This document shows, piece by piece, positions 53,907-58,922 of a stretch of 58,922 bases of DNA. The stretch comes from Bryobacteraceae bacterium (GTDB lineage: Bacteria > Acidobacteriota > Terriglobia > Bryobacterales > Bryobacteraceae): assembly GCA_049802535.1 (NCBI GenBank), contig JBARMQ010000462.1:1-58922 (forward strand). The letters are read 5' to 3'. The notes under the pieces were generated by a model. The model did no database searches. It was given only the letters and a program-made list of their open reading frames with translations, and was not told the DNA's origin. The first letter of the stretch is position 1, and every line of letters starts with the position of its first letter. Both the position numbers and the translations under genes were made by a program.

Positions 53907-54373
53907 ACGCCCGGCTCGCTCGCTCTCTCGACTGCCTCAAAAATTCTGATATAGCCCGTACAGCGGCACAGATTGCCCGACAATCCTTCGCGAATCTCCT
54001 CACGTGCCGGCTTCGGATTGTTTGACAGCAACGCGATCGTTGCCATAATCATGCCCGGGGTACAAATGCCGCACTGCGCTCCGCCCGCCTCTGCGAACGC
54101 TTGCTGAACAGGATGCAAGCTGCCCTCGCTGGCCACGGATTCAATGGTGCAAATCAGCGATCCTCCAGCATCCAGCACCGGGACCAGGCAGCTATTCACC
54201 AATTCGCCGTTGATCAACACTGAGCAAGCACCGCACTCGCCTTCGCCGCACCCTTCTTTCGTCCCCGTCAGCCCCAGGTCTTCGCGCAGTACATCCAGCA
54301 AACGCTTCATGGGAGGCGTCTCGACTTCATGCCGCACGCCATTGACGGTCAGAGAAATGTGCTGAGTCGTCAT
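53903..54373 (-). CDS. Xanthine dehydrogenase family, [2Fe-2S] (small) subunit
   Basis: Motifs GCGEGECGACSVLINGELVNSCLV, QCGICTPGMIM and NLCRCTGY. Confidence 0.92.
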   Translation of the reverse strand: MTTQHISLTVNGVRHEVETPPMKRLLDVLREDLGLTGTKEGCGEGECGACSVLINGELVNSCLVPVLDAGGSLICTIESVASEGSLHPVQQAFAEAGGAQCGICTPGMIMATIALLSNNPKPAREEIREGLSGNLCRCTGYIRIFEAVERASEPGV

Positions 54374-56601
54374 GCGGCTGCACGTCCGCTGTGCAAGGCG
54401 CTCAATATGTGTTCCGGCATTACCGGAGCATGGTCGAACGGAACGCCCAACGCATTCTCAATCGCATTGAGAACCGCCGGCACAGGACCATCCATGGGTA
54501 GTTCCCCAATCCCCTTCGCCCCAGTACCGCTATGCGCGTACGGTTGTTCTTCAAAGAACACGCGAATCGGAGGAATGTCGCAGGTCGTCGGTATTACATA
54601 ATTTGTCATCTGGCTATTCGCCATCACGCCATTGCGCCAAACCACGTCCTCGTATAGCGCAAGCCCAATGCCCTGCGCCACGCCGCCTTCAATTTGGCCG
54701 GCCGCGAGCGTCGGATTTAAAACGCGTCCTACTTCCTGCAGCGCCACAAAATCCTCCACCTGCACTTCGCCGGTTACCGTATCCACCGCAACCTGCGCCA
54801 CATAAACGGCCCACGAATAAGCCCCATATGCGTCACCCTGGTACTTGGTGTCGTCCCAGAATATGTTCGGCGGCTCTTTGTATTGCACGCTAGCGCGCAA
54901 CGCACCGCACTGGTCTATATACTTTTCGGCCGCTGCTGCGAACCCGGCCTCTGAGTACTCATCCGCCAAGAGATGGTTATCGAACAAAATTTGCTTCAGC
55001 TTCACCGCGGCCGATTGCACCAGACCGCCAATCACCATTGCCGTGCGCGATGCTACCGTCGGGCCGCTGTTAGGCACACACGCCGTATCGGGCCGCGGCA
55101 CGTTCACGCGGGCATACCCGATACCCAGCGTTTCCGCCGCGATCTGCGCCAGAATTGTGTTCGTACCCTGACCCATCTCCGTCATCGAACTGAGAATGGT
55201 CACGCTGCCGTCGCGCTCGGCCTCAATCGTCACGATCGATTGCAAATATCGCTCGCCCGATCCCGTAAAGCCTGCTCCGTGAAAAAATGTGGCAAAGCCC
55301 ATGCCTCTTTTCACCGGTCGGGATGGATTCTGCGCGGAGAACTCCTTCCGCTTCTCGTCATAGCCTGCAAGATCAAGCGCGCGGCGCTGCAACGCCGGCA
55401 TATCGATCGGTTCAGTTACCAACTGGCCGGTAGAGGTGGTATCGCCAGGTCGAAGTAAATTCCGTGCGCGAAACTCTTCCGGACTCAGTCCCACTGCCCG
55501 TGCCACCTTATTCATGTGACGCTCTAATGCGAAGAGGCTTTGTGGCGCACCGAATCCCCGAAAAGCTCCGTGTGGCGGCGTATTTGTCGCGACCGCGGTG
55601 CTGGTCACACGCACGTTATCGCAGCGATAAGGACCGGCGGCATGAATCGTGCCGCGTGAAAGCACCACCGGCGTCAACGTGCAATACGCGCCGCCATCGA
55701 TGACAAATTCAATCTCCATTGCAAGCAATCGCCCATCCGCTGAAACCGCAGTCCGATGCCGCGTGCGGGACGGATGCCGCTTCGTCGTCGCCGCCATGTC
55801 CTCCTCGCGGTCGTAAATCAGCTTCACCGGTTTGCCTGATTTCCATGCCAGCAGCGCCGCATGCCCCGCAATCATCGACGGATATTCTTCCTTGCCGCCA
55901 AAAGCGCCGCCGGTTTCTTGCTGGATCACGCGAACCTTTTCCGGCGGCATGTTGAACAGCGGCGCCAGCGCTTTTTGCACGTAAAACGGGCATTGCATCG
56001 ATCCCCAAACCGTCACGCCATCCGCATTCGCTGTCGCGACCATCCCATTCGGCTCAATGTAGAGCTGTTCCTGCGCGCCGGTTGAATACTCGCCTTCGAC
56101 GATGAAAGCCGCCTCGCTCCACACTGAGTCGACATCGCCCTTGTTGATCTGGAATCGCTTGAAAATGTTCTCCTGCCCCCAGACCACGGTTTGGCCCGAG
56201 AGCGCATCGTCCATGTTGAGTACTGCGGGAAGCGGCTCATACTCCACTCGCACGCACGCGCGCGCTTTGTGCACCAAGTCTTCATCCGCATGCGCCAGCA
56301 GCACAATGGGCTCCTGCGAGTGATTGACGTACTCGGCCGCCAAGAAAGGTTGATCCTCCACTAATAGCGTGACAAGGTTTTTGCCCGGAATATCGGCCGC
56401 CGTCACAATGGTGAATTCATCCCAAGGAATGCCTGCGAGGAACTCTATGCCGGTAATTCGGCCGCGCGGTATCTCGCTACGGATCGTCAATCCATGCAGC
56501 ATCCTGGGAAGCTTCATGTCATCGACATACTGCGCGCTTCCTGTGACCTTCGACCGCACTTCCTTCCGAAGAACGGATGTGCCCACCACACTCGACCGCA
56601 T
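54370..56601 (-). CDS. Xanthine dehydrogenase family, molybdopterin-binding (large) subunit
   Basis: The ATG at 56601 (MRSSVVGTSVLRKEVRSKVTGSAQYVDDM) follows GGTGGAG. Motifs GGAFGGKE, AFRGFGAPQ and GIGELP. The longer track ORF overlaps the 3' end of allantoinase. Confidence 0.9.
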   Translation of the reverse strand: MRSSVVGTSVLRKEVRSKVTGSAQYVDDMKLPRMLHGLTIRSEIPRGRITGIEFLAGIPWDEFTIVTAADIPGKNLVTLLVEDQPFLAAEYVNHSQEPIVLLAHADEDLVHKARACVRVEYEPLPAVLNMDDALSGQTVVWGQENIFKRFQINKGDVDSVWSEAAFIVEGEYSTGAQEQLYIEPNGMVATANADGVTVWGSMQCPFYVQKALAPLFNMPPEKVRVIQQETGGAFGGKEEYPSMIAGHAALLAWKSGKPVKLIYDREEDMAATTKRHPSRTRHRTAVSADGRLLAMEIEFVIDGGAYCTLTPVVLSRGTIHAAGPYRCDNVRVTSTAVATNTPPHGAFRGFGAPQSLFALERHMNKVARAVGLSPEEFRARNLLRPGDTTSTGQLVTEPIDMPALQRRALDLAGYDEKRKEFSAQNPSRPVKRGMGFATFFHGAGFTGSGERYLQSIVTIEAERDGSVTILSSMTEMGQGTNTILAQIAAETLGIGYARVNVPRPDTACVPNSGPTVASRTAMVIGGLVQSAAVKLKQILFDNHLLADEYSEAGFAAAAEKYIDQCGALRASVQYKEPPNIFWDDTKYQGDAYGAYSWAVYVAQVAVDTVTGEVQVEDFVALQEVGRVLNPTLAAGQIEGGVAQGIGLALYEDVVWRNGVMANSQMTNYVIPTTCDIPPIRVFFEEQPYAHSGTGAKGIGELPMDGPVPAVLNAIENALGVPFDHAPVMPEHILSALHSGRAAA

Positions 56602-56609
56602 ATTTAAAA

Positions 56610-57950
56610 TTACTCCACCCGCCGGCACTCTCGCCCGCCCGGCAGTTCCGCCCAAAGCCCGGCGGAATAAACAATTTCCCCACGCAAGTAGGAGGCCTTC
56701 ACCGCTCCCGACAATTTTCGTCCAAGATATGGTGAAATGGCATGGCGAAAATGCAGCCGGTCTTCTGTAACCGTGAACTCGGCGTCTGGATCGAAGATCA
56801 CGAAATCGGCGTCGTAACCAGCCGCTATGCTGCCTTTCCGGCGCTGTACACCCGCCAGCGCAGCTGGATGCTCGCACATCCATCGGGCAATGTCATCTAA
56901 GCCGAAGTCTCTCCGCCGTGCTGCCGTCCAAGTTGCCGCCAAGCTAAGCGACAGCGATGCTATGCCGCCCCACGCGCCGAGAAAATCGCCTTGTTCGCGC
57001 CGCTTCATCGCCGGCGGACAAGGCGAGTGATCCGTCACCACCATGTCGATCACTTCTGTCCGCAATGCCCGCCATAGTAATTCCTGATTCGCCGCATCGC
57101 GCACCGGCGGCGCGCACTTGTACTCCGTCGCACCCGCCGGAATGTCTTCGGCGACGAACGACAAGTAATGAGGGCACGTCTCCACCGTAATCGGCAGCCC
57201 TTCGGCCCGTGCCTTCTTTAGATCGGCGACCGCCTCCGCAGCCGACAAGTGAACCACATGGATCGGATGACGATATTCTCTGCAAAGTTCGATCAGAAAC
57301 CGTATCGCCTCCGTCTCCGCCTTAGCCGGACGCGTCCCCAAGTATGTTGCGTACAATCGGCTGTCCGCTTGTGCGTCCGCCGCCAATAAATATTCAGGCA
57401 ACTCGGCATGCACCAGCAGCGGCAGCCCTGTTTCGACCAGGTGTGGCATCCCTGATCGCAAGTCATTGGGAGAAAGCGCCGTGAATTCTTCCGTTCCCGT
57501 TGGTGACAAAAAACACTTGAATCCGCACACGCCCGCTTCTGCCAGCGCCGCAAGTTCATGCTCGTTTCCAGGAACGACACCGCCCCAAAACGCATAGTCA
57601 ACCGCGCATTGCCCCGCCGCAGCTTCCCGCTTCTGCTCCAAAGCCGTGACATCGGTCGTCGACGGAATCGAATTCAGCGGCATATCCACAACACAAGTAA
57701 TTCCGCCCGCCGCCGCTGCGCGTGTCCCAGTGGCAAAACCTTCCCACTCGGTCCGCCCCGGTTCATTAATATGAACGTGTGTATCGATCAGGCCCGGCAG
57801 TAAAGCGTCCTCCCCGATATCGAGGATTTCGCCCGCAACCGGCGGCGGCGAACTGACGACAGACACAATGCGGCCATGTTCAAACGTGACCCAAGCCGCT
57901 CGCGTTCCCTCCGGCGTCACCACCCGATTCGAATGAATACTTCGCCGCAT
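56610..57950 (-). CDS. allB: Allantoinase (cyclic amidohydrolase)
   Basis: LLPGLIDTHVHINEPGRTEWEGFATGTRAAAAGGITCVVDMPLNS, FKCFL, HAE and VTDHSP, in a purine-catabolism context. Confidence 0.88.
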   Translation of the reverse strand: MRRSIHSNRVVTPEGTRAAWVTFEHGRIVSVVSSPPPVAGEILDIGEDALLPGLIDTHVHINEPGRTEWEGFATGTRAAAAGGITCVVDMPLNSIPSTTDVTALEQKREAAAGQCAVDYAFWGGVVPGNEHELAALAEAGVCGFKCFLSPTGTEEFTALSPNDLRSGMPHLVETGLPLLVHAELPEYLLAADAQADSRLYATYLGTRPAKAETEAIRFLIELCREYRHPIHVVHLSAAEAVADLKKARAEGLPITVETCPHYLSFVAEDIPAGATEYKCAPPVRDAANQELLWRALRTEVIDMVVTDHSPCPPAMKRREQGDFLGAWGGIASLSLSLAATWTAARRRDFGLDDIARWMCEHPAALAGVQRRKGSIAAGYDADFVIFDPDAEFTVTEDRLHFRHAISPYLGRKLSGAVKASYLRGEIVYSAGLWAELPGGRECRRVE

Positions 57951-58009
57951 CGCCCCGTCCTACTCACCTCATCCTAGCCGTTGCTATACTGCTGCACGTC
58001 GCTGCACAT

Positions 58010-58486
58010 ATGCCTAAATCGCATGAAGAATGGATGCGGCAAGCCATCGATCTGGCGGTTGATAATGTGCGCCAAGGCCACGGTGGTCCCTTCGGCGCCC
58101 TTGTCATTAAAGGCGAAAAACTGGTCGCCACCGGCGTCAACTCGGTCACCGCCAATAACGATCCTACGGCGCATGCTGAAGTTATGGCGATCCGCGCCGC
58201 CTGCCTTGCTCTCGGCGCTTTTCAGTTGGATGGCTGCACGCTCTATACCAGTTGCGAACCATGTCCCATGTGCCTGGGAGCTATCTTCTGGGCGCGTCCC
58301 GTTGCATACTATTACGCCTGCACCCGAACCGGTGCGGCCCAAGCTGGCTTCGACGATGCATTCATTTACGATCAGGTAGCGCTTGCGCCCGGGGAACGAT
58401 CGATACCCGGCCATTGCGTCCAAACAGCACACTTTCGGGACCCCTTCGCCGAATGGGCAAAGAGCAACGAAAAGACGCCCTACTAG
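58010..58486 (+). CDS. guaD: Guanine deaminase (CDA-fold, GuaD type)
   Basis: GGPFGALVIKGEKLVATGVNSVTANNDPTAHAEVMAIRAAC...LYTSCEPCPMCLGAIFWA. Confidence 0.8.
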   Translation: MPKSHEEWMRQAIDLAVDNVRQGHGGPFGALVIKGEKLVATGVNSVTANNDPTAHAEVMAIRAACLALGAFQLDGCTLYTSCEPCPMCLGAIFWARPVAYYYACTRTGAAQAGFDDAFIYDQVALAPGERSIPGHCVQTAHFRDPFAEWAKSNEKTPY

Positions 58487-58489
58487 CGC

Positions 58490-58922
58490 TTATTGTGCTA
58501 GACCTCGAAGCGCATCAGCCAGTACACACGTGCCCGTTTCGATACTCTCCGGCGAAGCGTATTCGTCGGGCCGGTGGCTCACTCCATTCCGGCACGGAAT
58601 GAACAGCATGCCTGTCGGCGCAATTCGCGACATGAACAACGAATCGTGATACGCGCGGCTTACCATCTTGCGATATGAGTAATTCTGCTCCGTACATGCC
58701 GCTGCGAGCGCCGCGATCACTGCCGGACTGCCCTGCGCCGGCGCGTCTGCGTTGCGCAGCGTGCAATCGACCGGCACACCACGTCCCGCCGCCGTCTTCC
58801 GTGCTGCTTGCTCGATCGTGCGCAATACTTCGTCGCGCCGTCCTTCATCGGTATCCCGCACATCCAACTCCATCCGCACACGGCTCGGCACGCTGTTCAC
58901 TGCTCCGGGAAAGACTTCGCAA
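58490..58922 (-). CDS. allC: Allantoate amidohydrolase / M20-family Zn hydrolase, C-terminal part (5' end outside the window)
   Basis: The frame is open to the window edge: ..CEVFPGAVNSVPSRVRMELDVRD...MVSRAYHDSLFMSRIAPTGMLFIPCRNGVSHRPDEYASPESIE. Confidence 0.8.
   Translation of the reverse strand, partial: CEVFPGAVNSVPSRVRMELDVRDTDEGRRDEVLRTIEQAARKTAAGRGVPVDCTLRNADAPAQGSPAVIAALAAACTEQNYSYRKMVSRAYHDSLFMSRIAPTGMLFIPCRNGVSHRPDEYASPESIETGTCVLADALRGLAQ

Noticed and set aside
1-58922. A window-wide look for CRISPR arrays, tRNA/rRNA genes, IS elements, prophage genes, and defence-type domains (nuclease/ATPase/TIR/SIR2 combinations).
   Set aside because: None was recognised. The only defence-flavoured genes are a lone Uma2-family nuclease and the degenerate ParDE pair, which do not form a system.

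Overview
This is a 58.9-kb GC-rich chromosomal segment, densely coding on both strands. I recognised no rRNA, tRNA, CRISPR array, transposase or integrase. The gene content points to Acidobacteriota (Terriglobia-like): four MacB/FtsX-type ADOP orphan permeases, many Sec/Tat-exported hydrolases, small CarboxypepD_reg-like proteins and a CytoC_RC-type cytochrome. Recognisable blocks, left to right:
- a heme-motif protein and a glycogen-debranching-type glucosidase
- eutBC
- mbfA and uvrA (divergent), then mtnA
- exported phosphoesterases and an oxidase
- class II ribonucleotide reductase nrdJ with tandem NrdR-like boxes and an intrinsic terminator
- a convergent ADOP permease pair
- a small decayed islet holding a ParD antitoxin and an amber-inactivated ParE toxin
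- eda
- a folE operon with two PTPS/QueD paralogs
- tlpA and glcD
- a DUF2961/GH172 protein
- a TolC / ABC ATPase / fused-permease operon
- an MFS transporter with an FHA-GAF-PP2C phosphatase, then NDH-2, a CHASE3 histidine kinase and a DciA-like protein
- a near-complete purine-to-ureidoglycine catabolic cluster (guaD, XDH, uox, uraH, uraD, allB, allC) with a ureide-permease-like transporter.
I could not demonstrate a clear-cut novel multi-gene system. The best candidates for follow-up are:
- the translationally coupled PTPS paralogs, which carry complementary halves of the intersubunit catalytic triad
- an orphan LysW-like zinc-ribbon protein with a long acidic tail
- an 87-aa poly-acidic repeat protein
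- the adaptor-less TolC/ABC operon
- a histidine kinase that seems to need a CTG start.
All functional calls rest on motif recognition from the supplied translations, not on database searches.
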